NCBI GenBank assembly: GCA_036171915.1
Contig: JAVHRY010000039.1
Location: 1-50,519 of the forward strand
Length of the DNA stretch: 50,519 nt
Origin: Elusimicrobiales bacterium
GTDB taxonomy: Bacteria > Elusimicrobiota > Elusimicrobia > Elusimicrobiales > UBA9959
Direction of reading: 5' to 3'
In this document: positions 9,827-19,614 of the stretch, in pieces
Layout: every line of letters begins with the position of its first letter
Position numbering within the stretch: the stretch's first letter is position 1
Program-made: the position numbers and the translations under genes
The notes under the pieces: generated by a model
What the model was told of the DNA's origin: nothing
Seen by the model: only the letters and a program-made list of their open reading frames with translations
The model's database searches: none

Positions 9827-9854
9827 AGCCAGGGGGCAGGAGACGCGCCGTATC

Positions 9855-10325
9855 TTATTTAACAGTCTTCGCTTTTTCCACCGCGGACAAGATCTTCTCG
9901 TAACCGGTGCAGCGGCAGAGGTTTCCGGTAAGCTCCAATTTTATATCTTCAAGCGTAGCGGCGGGTTTGCGCCGGAGCAGCGCTTCGGAAGCTATTATTA
10001 TGCCGGGGGTGCAGAAACCGCACTGTACCGCGCCTTCGGCCATAAAAGTTTTCTGTAACGGATGCAGCCCGCCGGCCCTGCCCTTGATCCCTTCTATCGT
10101 GACCAGATCTTTACCGTGCAGCTGCACGGCCATCATAAGGCAGGAGTTAACGGCTTTCCCGTCCACCAGCACCATGCAGGCGCCGCATTCGCCTTCACCG
10201 CAGCCTTCCTTGGTGCCTTTCAGGCCCAGGTCCAGGCGTATGAAGTCAAGCAAAGAGCGGGAGGATAAAACCTCCCGCTCCAGAGCCGCGCCGTTAACGG
10301 AACATTTAAGCGCGAAAACCTTCAT
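9855..10325 (-). CDS. (2Fe-2S)-binding small subunit of molybdenum hydroxylase
   Basis: GTKEGCGEGECGAC, QCGFCTPG, GNLCRCTGY; start moved to ATG 10325 (MKVFALK), 1 nt after the upstream stop. Confidence 0.9.
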   Translation of the reverse strand: MKVFALKCSVNGAALEREVLSSRSLLDFIRLDLGLKGTKEGCGEGECGACMVLVDGKAVNSCLMMAVQLHGKDLVTIEGIKGRAGGLHPLQKTFMAEGAVQCGFCTPGIIIASEALLRRKPAATLEDIKLELTGNLCRCTGYEKILSAVEKAKTVK

Positions 10326-10326
10326 A

Positions 10327-11529
10327 TCAGAACTTGGAGCCCACTCCGAATACGAACCGGCCGCCGGTAAAGGTAAGGTTGTCTTTTTCGACAGCATAGC
10401 CTCTGGTGAAAGAGGTGGCGTTTATTTCGGCGCGGTATTCCATGAAGAAAGTGGTGCTGTCCATATTGAACCTGAGCCCCACCGGCACCCTGAACATGAG
10501 ACCGACAGCGGTCTCATTTAAGAGAAGACCGGTATTGTCCCTTATCGAGCTGGATTTTATGTTATTGATGGACATCCCAAGCCCCACTCCCAGGTAGAAC
10601 TGGGCTTTGGTCATAGTCCTTAAAAGCAGGTCTCCGCTAAGGCCGATAGAGGTGGCGTCTATATAACCGGCGGGCAGAATACCGGGAAGCAGCACGTTAC
10701 TGATCACTATATGCTGGGCTTCCACATAATGTTTTGACACCGAGAACTCAAAATCCCCGCCGATGGGGCCCTTTCCGTAGCCGCCTACCCTGAACCCCAA
10801 GGGGCCGGTGCCGCTGGTAATAAGAGCTTTCTGCTCCGCTCCGCCGAATTTTGTGGTATCCCATTTTATATCGGTAGTCTGAGCTCCGACTCCACCCATT
10901 ACGTCAAAATAGCCGTATTCATCCTTGCTCCTGACATAAGGCGCCGCCGTTTTCTGCACCGGCGGCTGCTGGTAAACCTGCTGCTGTGGTTCCGGCTGCT
11001 GGTAGACGGGCTGCTGGGGCTGCTGGGGCGCGGTAGCCGCGTCGCCCACCCAGTTCTTATCCAGCGTGACCTGCGAGGCGCCTATGGCCTGCGCGGTCTC
11101 GGTCTTTATCAGGCGGGCGTTAACTTCTATCTGGCCGCCGGAGGTTTCCACCAGCGTGCCGGTTATTATAGCCTCAACGCCCAGCACCTTGCCCAGCTGC
11201 TGCGCGCTGGAGGCGTCTATAGTGCCCGAAGCCTGCAGCTTCAGCTCGGCCATCACCTTGTCCAGCACGGAGCGCTCGATAATTTCAAACTTATGCATGT
11301 TGATCATTTTTATCGTCAGGCGCTCGGAGATCACCGAACCGTCCTTGGTGGCGCCGGCCCTGCCGTCGGCGTAGGAGAAGGGGATTATGGCTATTTTTTT
11401 GCCCTGTATCCCGGCCCCGGCCTCGGTTATCTCGGCTGCCAGCTGCTGATAACCGTCAGCCGCGTAAGCCCCGGCGGCAAAAGCCAGGCACAGCAGACCG
11501 GCGGAGAAAGTTTTAGTTATGCGTTTCAT
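10327..11529 (-). CDS. Secreted FlgO/CsgG-like domain protein fused to a C-terminal outer-membrane beta-barrel
   Basis: Signal peptide; KIAIIPF..IIERSVLDKVMAELKLQASG..LGKVLGVEAIITGT..VNARLIKTET (CsgG/FlgO-like); P/Q-rich linker; beta-strand C-terminus ending FGVGSKF; start at ATG 11529 with GGAG RBS. Confidence 0.7.
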   Translation of the reverse strand: MKRITKTFSAGLLCLAFAAGAYAADGYQQLAAEITEAGAGIQGKKIAIIPFSYADGRAGATKDGSVISERLTIKMINMHKFEIIERSVLDKVMAELKLQASGTIDASSAQQLGKVLGVEAIITGTLVETSGGQIEVNARLIKTETAQAIGASQVTLDKNWVGDAATAPQQPQQPVYQQPEPQQQVYQQPPVQKTAAPYVRSKDEYGYFDVMGGVGAQTTDIKWDTTKFGGAEQKALITSGTGPLGFRVGGYGKGPIGGDFEFSVSKHYVEAQHIVISNVLLPGILPAGYIDATSIGLSGDLLLRTMTKAQFYLGVGLGMSINNIKSSSIRDNTGLLLNETAVGLMFRVPVGLRFNMDSTTFFMEYRAEINATSFTRGYAVEKDNLTFTGGRFVFGVGSKF

Positions 11530-11546
11530 GGTATCTCCCTGGTTAA

Positions 11547-13829
11547 TCACCCTTTCCTCATTTCTTCCCAGATCTTCTCAGGCAGCAGCGGAACTGATCT
11601 GACGCGCGCGCCGCAGGCGTTTTTAATGGCGTTGGCCACAGCCGGCGCCACACCAATAAGAGGGACCTCGCCCATCCCTTTGGCATGATAAGGCCCGGAC
11701 TTATACGGTTTTTCCACGAAAACTATATCATATTTGGGTTTATCAGCGGTAGTAGCTATGACATAGTCCGTGAAATTAGGGTTCACCATTATGCCGTTCT
11801 TATAGATAAGGTTCTCATACATGGCCCAGCTCATGCCCTGCAGAATTCCGCCCTGCGCCTGGCCCATGGCCAGCTTGGGATTGACTATTTTACCCACATC
11901 ATAGGCGGCCCAGATCTTCTTAACCCTGGCCACGCCGGTCTTCAGATCCACCTCTACTTCGGCGGCATTGGCCGAATAGGAGTAGATAACATAGGCGTCA
12001 CCCTGCCCGTTTTCCATTTTAAAAGTGGTGCGCGGCGCGATGTACCAGCCCTCTTCGCACATTTTCTGGCGGCGCAGCCAGCAGCCGGCTATGACTTGCT
12101 TGAACCCCACGGCCTTCCCGCCCATGGAGAACAGGCCGTTAGCCGCGGTCATGGGCTTTGAAGCGTCGGCCCCTTCAGCCACGAGGATGTCGAAGGCGGT
12201 TTTGAAAACGCGCTCCCTTATGGGGGTGGCGGCTTCTATAATGGCGTTGCCGCTCATCAGCGTGGTGCGGCTGGCCACGGTAGGGCCGGAGTCAGGCACC
12301 TTGGAGGAATCCACTTCCTCCACGCGCACGCTTTCATACGGGGCGTTCAGGGTTTCGGCGGCTATCTGGGCCAGCACGGTCAGCGCGCCCTGCCCCATTT
12401 CGGCGTTGCCCACGTTAACTCCTACGGAAGAGTCTTTATAAACGTTCACAAGAGCCCCGGCGCGGTCAAGGTAGCGGCCCTTGGCGCCCAGACCCACGCC
12501 GTAATAAGCGGCGGAAAAACCTATGCCCGTAACCTTATCGCCTTCGGCCGCGGGTTCTGCGGCCCGCTTTCTGTCCCAGTCGGAGCGGCGGCGCACCTTC
12601 TCTACTATCTCGCTGAGGCCGCAGGATGAATTAAGTTTCTGGCCGGTGACCGTTCTATCCCCGGGCTCCAGCAGGTTCTTCAGGCGGAACCGCACCGGGT
12701 CCATGCCCGTCTTCGCCGCCAGCTCGTCGATAAGCGACTCCTGCGCGAAGCAGACCTGCGGCTGGCCGAAGCCGCGGAAGGCGCCGGACGGCACCTTGTT
12801 GGTGGCGGCCGCGTAAGTTTTTATGTCCACGTTGGCTATTTTATAGGGGCCGGCGGCGTGCACGGTGCCGCGCCAAAGCACTATGGGGGAAAGAGTAGCG
12901 TAAGCCCCGCCGTCCAGCACGTACTTAACGCGGCAGCCGGTAATATTGCCTTTCTTATCGGCGGCGTAGGCCACGCGGGCCCAGCCGGGGTGGCGCTTGG
13001 ACATGCTCTGAAAATCTTCTTTGCGCCCATAGATAAGTTTTACGGGCCTTCCGACTTTGGCGGCGCAGATGGCCGCGTGCGAGGCCACCAGGGCCGGCAC
13101 GTCTTCTTTACCGCCGAAACCGCCGCCGGTAACGGTCTGTAATATCTTAACCTTGTGGTAAGGCACCCCGAGCGCCGCGGCTACCGCGTCCAGGATGTAA
13201 AAAGGGCACTGGGTGGTACTGTGCACCGTCATGCCGCCGCCCGGCTCCGGCAGGGCTATGGCGCCCTGCGTCTCCAGGTAGGCGTGCACCTGGTAATTGG
13301 TGGAGAATTCCCCCTCCACGGTATAGGCCGCCTTTTTAAAAGCCTCGTCCACGGAACCTTTTTTAATCACGAAACTGGAAATAACATTATCTTTTCCGTA
13401 GATCTTTAAAGAATCTTTTTCCAGGGCTTTAAGCGGGTCTTCCACGAAGGGCAGCTCTTTATATTTTATTTCCACCAGGGCCGCGGCTTTTTTAGCCGCC
13501 CGGGCGGTACCGGCCACTACGAGGGCCACCGTCTCCCCGGCGAAGCGCGCTTCTTTTTCCGGCAGGAAAGGGTAATCCTGCATTACCACCGGCCACTTAT
13601 TGACGCCTTTTATGTCCTTATATGTAACCAAAGTTACATAGCCGGGCACCCGCCCGGCCTTCGCGTCGGAGATGGAGATTATTCTTATCCTGGGGCGCGG
13701 GGAGCGCACCGCGGCGGCGTACAGCATGCCGGGGAATTCCCTGTCGTCCGCGTATTGCGCCGCGCCGGTAACTTTTATTAAAGCGTCTTTTCTGGGCAGC
13801 GATCTGCCCACGAACGAAAGTTTTTTCAT
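11547..13829 (-). CDS. Xanthine dehydrogenase family molybdopterin-binding subunit (purine hydroxylase/PucD-like)
   Basis: 760 aa; GGGFGGKE, AFRGFGQPQ, EMGQG, SGPTVASRTT, AKGMGE (catalytic Glu). Confidence 0.92.
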   Translation of the reverse strand: MKKLSFVGRSLPRKDALIKVTGAAQYADDREFPGMLYAAAVRSPRPRIRIISISDAKAGRVPGYVTLVTYKDIKGVNKWPVVMQDYPFLPEKEARFAGETVALVVAGTARAAKKAAALVEIKYKELPFVEDPLKALEKDSLKIYGKDNVISSFVIKKGSVDEAFKKAAYTVEGEFSTNYQVHAYLETQGAIALPEPGGGMTVHSTTQCPFYILDAVAAALGVPYHKVKILQTVTGGGFGGKEDVPALVASHAAICAAKVGRPVKLIYGRKEDFQSMSKRHPGWARVAYAADKKGNITGCRVKYVLDGGAYATLSPIVLWRGTVHAAGPYKIANVDIKTYAAATNKVPSGAFRGFGQPQVCFAQESLIDELAAKTGMDPVRFRLKNLLEPGDRTVTGQKLNSSCGLSEIVEKVRRRSDWDRKRAAEPAAEGDKVTGIGFSAAYYGVGLGAKGRYLDRAGALVNVYKDSSVGVNVGNAEMGQGALTVLAQIAAETLNAPYESVRVEEVDSSKVPDSGPTVASRTTLMSGNAIIEAATPIRERVFKTAFDILVAEGADASKPMTAANGLFSMGGKAVGFKQVIAGCWLRRQKMCEEGWYIAPRTTFKMENGQGDAYVIYSYSANAAEVEVDLKTGVARVKKIWAAYDVGKIVNPKLAMGQAQGGILQGMSWAMYENLIYKNGIMVNPNFTDYVIATTADKPKYDIVFVEKPYKSGPYHAKGMGEVPLIGVAPAVANAIKNACGARVRSVPLLPEKIWEEMRKG

Positions 13830-13842
13830 ACCCGCCTTCCCT

Positions 13843-14661
13843 TTAGCCTTTGGCCTTCTCTCCGGTCACGCGCATGTGCGCGCCATCGCGCTTGTAATGA
13901 TCCGCCATTATCTCGGCCAGCACGGAAACCGCTATTTCCCCGGGGGCCTTGCCGCCGAGATTCAGCCCTATGGGCGAATGTACCCGCGTATCCTTCAGGG
14001 GATAAAGTTTTTTCTTCGCGAGCAGGCGGAAGATCCCGCGCACTTTATCGGCGCTGCCGATCATGCCGATATACGGCGCCCGCGTAGGCATGACGGCCTC
14101 CAGGCACTCTTTGTCCAGCGCGTGGCCGCGCGTCACTATCACCACGCGGGTATCCTTGTCCACGCCGGCCGCCGCCACCGCTTTATGCGGAACTTCGTTT
14201 ATTATAGCCAGAGCGCCGGGGAAGCGCTCCGCATTGGCGAATTCCTTCCTGTCGTCGGCCACCAGGTAGGGATAGCCGGCCAGCCTGCAGGCCTCGGCTA
14301 TTTTAAACCCGACATGGCCGCCACCAAGTATCAGCACCTTGAAGGGGTTTTTATAAACGTCTATAAAAATTTCCATTTTGCCCATGCAGAGCATGCCGGT
14401 ATTCCCGCCGGGCTTCAGGTCGAAGACGAACTTGCCGCCAACGCCGCTCTTTATGCACACTACGGCCTGTTTTATAGCCAGGGCTTCTATGGTTCCGCCG
14501 CCCACCGTGCCTTCGATGGCACCGTCGGCGTAGACCAGCATCTTGGCGCCGGCTTCGCGCGGGGTGGAGCCGCCTACGGAGATCACGGTTACAAACGCCG
14601 CGCTTTTGCCGCCGTCTATGGCTTCGGCCAGCATTTTAATAATATTCCTGGATTCTTTCAT
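13843..14661 (-). CDS. xdhC: XdhC/CoxI family molybdenum cofactor insertion chaperone
   Basis: GSTPREAGAKM, GTVGGG, GGGHVG, TRGH..D, YIGMIGS, PIGLNLGG..PGEIAVS. Confidence 0.92.
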   Translation of the reverse strand: MKESRNIIKMLAEAIDGGKSAAFVTVISVGGSTPREAGAKMLVYADGAIEGTVGGGTIEALAIKQAVVCIKSGVGGKFVFDLKPGGNTGMLCMGKMEIFIDVYKNPFKVLILGGGHVGFKIAEACRLAGYPYLVADDRKEFANAERFPGALAIINEVPHKAVAAAGVDKDTRVVIVTRGHALDKECLEAVMPTRAPYIGMIGSADKVRGIFRLLAKKKLYPLKDTRVHSPIGLNLGGKAPGEIAVSVLAEIMADHYKRDGAHMRVTGEKAKG

Positions 14662-14681
14662 AAGGCAATTATTTTACTAAT

Positions 14682-16214
14682 TTACAGCAGCTTATAGATC
14701 CCGACCTGTTCGGTTTTTCCTTTTAAAACGGTTTTACCGAGCGCCTCGAAGTTAAGCGCGCCGCCCAGCGAGCCCCTGGCTTCGGCGAGCGCAGCTTCGC
14801 TCACTATTATGTCAGTGCAGAAGTCCTTGGTCTTGGACTGCAGGCGCGAGGCGATATTAACCGTGTCGCCGATGAAGGTGTACTCCAGCCTGGAGAAAGT
14901 GCCTATATTGCCCGCCACCAGCCGCCCGGAGTGTATCCCTATGCCGAAGCTTACCGGCACCGGGGCCTTACCGGAGGCGTTGAACTCGGCCAGGGCCGCG
15001 CGCATGTCGGCGGCCGAGCGCAGGGCGTCGGCGGCATAATCCTTGGACCCCATGAGCGGGGTATAGATGGCCATTACCGCGTCGCCCATGAATTTGCTGA
15101 TAACGCCGTTATGGGAAGTGATAGGCGGGGTTATGAACCGGAAATAGTTGTTGAGGAATTCCACCACGGCGGTGGCGTCCATGGTCTCGCTCAGGGGCGT
15201 AAAATTCCGGATGTCGCAGAACATCACGGCAGCCTCTATATCCTCTCCGCCAAGGTTGACTTTTTTATTCTTTATAAGCTCGCGCGCTATCTCTATGGAC
15301 ATGTACTTGCCGAACGTGTCCTGCAGCTCCTCGCGCTCCTTCAGGCCGTCCACCATTTCGTTGAAACCGGCCTTGAGGTTTCCGACCTCGTCGGAAAAGT
15401 AGATGCGCGTCCTCACCCCGTAGTCGCCGCCGGCCACGCGCTTCATCTTGGCGATCAGCCCGTCCAGCGGTACCTGGATGCCGTTGTAGACGCTATAAAG
15501 GCCGTTAAACAGCACCGCGCTGGAGAGGAACAGCATGAAAACGAGCGCCCCGGAGAGAGCGTCCCAGGGTACGCGGTTGAGGAAAGCGACGTAGATCAGC
15601 AGGAAAGGCAGCATCGCGAAGCCGGCGATCAGCGTGGAGACTTTCACGTAAATGGGAATGGAAAAACCGGCCCTGAGGCGGGACAGCTGTTCCGCCGGGT
15701 AAAGCGCTTCCATAAGGACCTTCTGCTTGGACAGGTGCGCGTCGATATAGACCACCAGCAGCGCAGCCTCGGCCAGGAAAGCCACACCTCCCGCGACATA
15801 CTCCTCGTTCGAAAGCCTGCCGGAGACCGCAGCCTGGAGCGCCAGCGCCAGGCCCTGCGCGATAATGATCATCAGAAAGCCGTCCCGGTAGATATTGCCC
15901 AGCCGCCGGCGTATCTTTTCTTTTAGCTTTTCTTCGGGGCTCCTGATATACAGGTAAGCGGGCCTGCCCCAGAGATAGGCGAGCAGGATCATGACACAGA
16001 ACTGAAAACCGAAACTCGCGCCGAAGTTCTCCGAGGCCGCGCCTACGCGGACCAGGGACCAGTGCACGCGCGCCGTTTCTTTGGCCTCGAGCGCGGCCAT
16101 GGCCATCCTAAAAAAACCGGAATTCACCAGCGCCAGCATCAGCGGGATGGCCAGGATATTTAAGAACTCGTTTAGTTTCTTTTTACGCTCTTTTTTTTCG
16201 GAATCGGAGAACAT
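14682..16214 (-). CDS. Membrane-bound class III adenylate cyclase with HAMP domain
   Basis: Several TM helices, HAMP (DEVGNLKAGFNEMV), catalytic FCDIRNFT, SKFMGDAVM, EYTFIGDTVNIASRL. Confidence 0.9.
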   Translation of the reverse strand: MFSDSEKKERKKKLNEFLNILAIPLMLALVNSGFFRMAMAALEAKETARVHWSLVRVGAASENFGASFGFQFCVMILLAYLWGRPAYLYIRSPEEKLKEKIRRRLGNIYRDGFLMIIIAQGLALALQAAVSGRLSNEEYVAGGVAFLAEAALLVVYIDAHLSKQKVLMEALYPAEQLSRLRAGFSIPIYVKVSTLIAGFAMLPFLLIYVAFLNRVPWDALSGALVFMLFLSSAVLFNGLYSVYNGIQVPLDGLIAKMKRVAGGDYGVRTRIYFSDEVGNLKAGFNEMVDGLKEREELQDTFGKYMSIEIARELIKNKKVNLGGEDIEAAVMFCDIRNFTPLSETMDATAVVEFLNNYFRFITPPITSHNGVISKFMGDAVMAIYTPLMGSKDYAADALRSAADMRAALAEFNASGKAPVPVSFGIGIHSGRLVAGNIGTFSRLEYTFIGDTVNIASRLQSKTKDFCTDIIVSEAALAEARGSLGGALNFEALGKTVLKGKTEQVGIYKLL

Positions 16215-16224
16215 TTTTCGCCCT

Positions 16225-17463
16225 TTAAATGAATTTTAGAAAAACCCAGTATATTATGGCATTTATGAAAGTGAGCGGGACTCCCACGCGGGTGAACTCC
16301 AGGAAGGTGATGGTGGTCCCGTTCTTTTTCTCGGCGGTCTGGATTATGATCACGTTGCTGGCGGCGCCCAGGATGAACAGGTTGCCGGCTATGGTGGAGG
16401 CGGCGGCCAGCGCCATAAAAACCCGGGTGCCGGCGCCGGCTTGTTTAAGCACCGGCAGGTAAAGCGCTGCGAGCGGCACATTAGATATGAGCTGGCTCAG
16501 GACCACGCTGACCGCCATAACGGCGCCCAGCCCGGTGATGTCGGCCCCGGAGCGGGCAATAAGCCCCTGGAAGAAGCCGGTGCCCCAGACCGCCTGCATC
16601 AGCACGAACATGGCGGCGAAGAAGGCCAGCGTGCTCCAGTCCACCTTCCTCAATATCTCGAAACGGCGGGGGCTTAGCAGCAGGCCGGGCACGGCGGCGG
16701 CCAGCGCGATCCACGTAAGGCCGAAATCCAGCGACGGGGCGAACCAGGCCAGGGTTATCTTGGCGGCTATCGTAGTTGCCAGCAGAAAAACCGTTACTTT
16801 TGCCAGGCGGGCCAGCGCCTTGTCCTTAACCGGCTCCTGCGAATTTTTCAGCGGGCAGCTGGTGAATTCTTCAGGGTAGAAATAACGCACCAGCAGAAAC
16901 ACCGCGCCCAGGTTCAACAGCGTGGGAGCGGCAAGATACTTCAGGAAAGTCAGAAAAGGCGCGGGGATCCCGCCGTTAACTGCTACAAGAAGGTTCTGGG
17001 GGTTGCCTATGGGGCTCATTACGCTGCCCACGGTTATGGAGAAAGCCAGCGCCAGCAGCAGGGCTTTGGGCGGGATATCGTGTTTTTTGGCTATCAGCAG
17101 CACCACCGGGGTGCCGATTATGGCCAGGGTATCGTTCATCAGGAAAGCCGAAGCTATGCCCATGAAGAAGACCAGCAGCAGCAGCAGTTCCTCTTCCGTG
17201 CCGGCGCGCTTGAACACTTCATACTTGGCGTGGGCGAGCCAGCCGCTCATTTCAAGCACCTGCCCGGCGGCGAACATGCCGAATAGAAAGACCATAACTT
17301 CCGGGTCTACGGCCGCCAGCGCTGCGCCGGGCTTAATGGAGCCGGCCAGCAGCACGGCAGCCGCCCCCGCGCACATCACCTGCCAGATCTGGAAACGGAA
17401 ACGCCCCACCTGTCTTACGGCGATCAGGAGGAAAACCGCGGCGAGAATTATGATGGGGAACAT
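16225..17463 (-). CDS. ArsB/NhaD (SLC13/CitM-like) anion transporter
   Basis: Highly hydrophobic 412 aa; SAFLMND, SPIGNPQN, VDWSTLAFF, SQLISNVP, STIAGN..GAASNVII. Confidence 0.88.
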   Translation of the reverse strand: MFPIIILAAVFLLIAVRQVGRFRFQIWQVMCAGAAAVLLAGSIKPGAALAAVDPEVMVFLFGMFAAGQVLEMSGWLAHAKYEVFKRAGTEEELLLLLVFFMGIASAFLMNDTLAIIGTPVVLLIAKKHDIPPKALLLALAFSITVGSVMSPIGNPQNLLVAVNGGIPAPFLTFLKYLAAPTLLNLGAVFLLVRYFYPEEFTSCPLKNSQEPVKDKALARLAKVTVFLLATTIAAKITLAWFAPSLDFGLTWIALAAAVPGLLLSPRRFEILRKVDWSTLAFFAAMFVLMQAVWGTGFFQGLIARSGADITGLGAVMAVSVVLSQLISNVPLAALYLPVLKQAGAGTRVFMALAAASTIAGNLFILGAASNVIIIQTAEKKNGTTITFLEFTRVGVPLTFINAIIYWVFLKFI

Positions 17464-18065
17464 CAGCCAGCCTTCACCAGCGCCTCGTAATCTTCCGGCG
17501 TGTCGAAGTCGCGGATTATCCCGGGGTCTTTAACTTCCAGGTCGGTTATCTTTACGGCGGGATGGTGCGTTACCCAGTGCAGGCCCTTTTCCAGCGGCCC
17601 CTCGAAGCAGAGCGCCTTATGGGCCGCGGGGATAATGATGGGGTGGCCGCGCTTCAGGCGCGAATCCGCGGCCCTGAAAGTACGCGGGATAACTATGGAC
17701 TCTTTGTTTAAAAGCCAGCGGGCCGCGACCTTCTTATAGGTTTCTACGTCTATAGCCGGCTGGTCCGCCAGGCAGACCATAAAGCCCTCTGAAAATTCCG
17801 CCGCCGCGGCTAGCCCGGCCCGCAGCGAAGAAAGCTGCCCATGCTCCGGGGCCGGGTTCAGGACCACCTTCTCCCCCGCCGGCACCCAGCCGCCCAGTAT
17901 CTCCCGTGAGTCCCGGCCCAGCACTACCACCCGGTCCTCCACGCCCGCCCGGCGCAGCGCGCGGCAAACATGCTCCAGGAAAGGCAGGCCCCGCCACTGA
18001 AGCAGGGCCTTGGGCCGCCCCATCCTGGAAGACTCTCCCGCCGCAAGTATGATCGCTGAAATCAT
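17463..18065 (-). CDS. mocA: Molybdenum cofactor cytidylyltransferase (MocA-like nucleotidyltransferase)
   Basis: IILAAGESSRMGRPKALL, GQLSSLRAG, LADQP, GHPII, DFDTPEDY; xdh context. Confidence 0.8.
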   Translation of the reverse strand: MISAIILAAGESSRMGRPKALLQWRGLPFLEHVCRALRRAGVEDRVVVLGRDSREILGGWVPAGEKVVLNPAPEHGQLSSLRAGLAAAAEFSEGFMVCLADQPAIDVETYKKVAARWLLNKESIVIPRTFRAADSRLKRGHPIIIPAAHKALCFEGPLEKGLHWVTHHPAVKITDLEVKDPGIIRDFDTPEDYEALVKAG

Positions 18066-18218
18066 GATCGAAAGTTAATTTCCCAAGGGCAGATCTGCCG
18101 GCTACATAAGGGCGCGTTTACCTACCGGCTGCGGGGAGGAGAACCACCCACTAAAGGACCGCGCCCAGTCCGAAAAAAAGCATCAGCTTGTGCGGCCGCT
18201 AAAGCGCCTCCGCCGGGG

Positions 18219-18581
18219 TCACCCCTCCCTTCTTACCGTCTCGTGCGAGAAGGCGGGCAGGCAGATGGCGATATACTCGGCCCCGTCCGGTTCAGGCGTG
18301 GAATAGCGCACGCGCTCGCCCGGCTCCATTATAATGGCCTGCTTGGCGCGCACGTCGTACGTGCCGGTCTGCGTCTCCACGCGCAGCAGGCCCCGCAATA
18401 CCAGGGTGTATTCGGTAAAGCGCGGCTGCTGCGGGGGCTCTTCCCAGCCGCCGGGGCTGACCATGCGGGCCACGCTTATAGTGGTGGTCTTGGAATTGAC
18501 GCGGCCGATATACTCCTCTATGACTTTAGGCTTATTGCCGGAAGCCTGAACGAGCATAGGTTTTTCAATGACGGTGGCCAT
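18219..18581 (-). CDS. Cupin domain protein
   Basis: GWEEPPQQPRFTEYTLVLRG..VRYSTP..AEYIAICLPAFS; start at ATG 18581 with GGAGG RBS. Confidence 0.8.
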   Translation of the reverse strand: MATVIEKPMLVQASGNKPKVIEEYIGRVNSKTTTISVARMVSPGGWEEPPQQPRFTEYTLVLRGLLRVETQTGTYDVRAKQAIIMEPGERVRYSTPEPDGAEYIAICLPAFSHETVRREG

Positions 18582-18703
18582 GGTCCCTCCCAGGATATCG
18601 TACAGCACAATTCTATCAAAAAACCAGAACTCCGGGCGCCGCCCCGGGGATATGGAACGGCCCTAAAGCCGCGCGGGATACGCGGCTTACCTGTGTAAAT
18701 TTG

Positions 18704-18735
18704 AAAGCCGGGCCCTTTTAAAGGACCCGGCTTTT
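18704..18735. terminator. Rho-independent terminator hairpin downstream of the lipoprotein gene
   Basis: aaagccgggcccttttaaaggacccggctttt, a near-perfect stem with A/T flanks on both sides. Confidence 0.65.
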
Positions 18736-18759
18736 ACTATTACAAGGCAGCCCGCTTTA

Positions 18760-19521
18760 TCAATAGCACTGGCCCTGGTACGTTATTATCTTTTCCGTGC
18801 TTGAAGCGTGGCCCTGGAAATCGGCCAGGCTCTTGCCCGCCTGCATGAAGCTGGCGTTAATGTCCCTGAGAGTGGTCTCATAGTAGAAGCGGACATACAT
18901 ATTGCCGGGGCGGTTGACCCAGACGGTATTGCAAACCGGGGTGTGCGGCACGGGGCCGGGGTTGGGTCCGTTGAAGCCGGGGGCGCCGGGAAACTGGCCG
19001 AATTTAGCGATCTCGGTTTCCACGGCTTCAATGGCGGTATCGGTTCCCGCGGCCTTGGCGGCGTCGAGTCCGCGGCAGATGGTCTGGGGGACCTGGACAG
19101 TGCAGTATTCATTCCCCGATTGCTCGGCCGTTTTCTCCACCTTGGTCACGATGTTGCCGGTCAGGTCGAAATTCTGCTTGAGCTGGGCGGCGGTAAGGGT
19201 GAAGTTGTCGGAGATGTTTATATTCTTGTCGAAGTTAAGCTCTACGACCGTGGCGGGGTTGGCATTGGAAACTTCCAGCTTTATCTGCTTCTGCTGGCCG
19301 TTCTGCCCTATGGTGGCCTTAGTGTTGAACTGGCCGGCGGGAATTACGACGTTCTTCGCCTGGGTACAGTTCCAATCCTGGTTCTGGTCGCAGTTCCCTT
19401 CCTGCGCGAAAGTTATCTGTTCGTGCACGCCGAGGAGACCGTTGAAGGTGATCTCTCCGCAGCCCACAAGAAAAGCCATAACCGCGGCTATTCCCACACC
19501 GGCAAGTATTCTTTGTTTCAT
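18760..19521 (-). CDS. Hypothetical Cys-containing lipoprotein
   Basis: Start ATG 19521 (GGAGG RBS); MKQRILAGVGIAAVMAFLVG-C lipobox; 253 aa; no recognisable domain. Confidence 0.7.
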   Translation of the reverse strand: MKQRILAGVGIAAVMAFLVGCGEITFNGLLGVHEQITFAQEGNCDQNQDWNCTQAKNVVIPAGQFNTKATIGQNGQQKQIKLEVSNANPATVVELNFDKNINISDNFTLTAAQLKQNFDLTGNIVTKVEKTAEQSGNEYCTVQVPQTICRGLDAAKAAGTDTAIEAVETEIAKFGQFPGAPGFNGPNPGPVPHTPVCNTVWVNRPGNMYVRFYYETTLRDINASFMQAGKSLADFQGHASSTEKIITYQGQCY

Positions 19522-19614
19522 GTAATTATTCCCTCCGTAATTCCGCTGGTATAGTTGAAATCGCATGTCGCCTAACCTAAAGGATATTAGACAAAAATAG
19601 CACGCTTGCCTGTA

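Noticed and set aside
18066-18218. Possible Moco riboswitch upstream of mocA (GGGCGCG...CGCGCCC stem)
   Set aside because: It lacks the conserved Moco RNA features I would expect (GNRA-type stems, CCUCCC...GGAAAGGAG end); only a 7-bp GC stem is supported.
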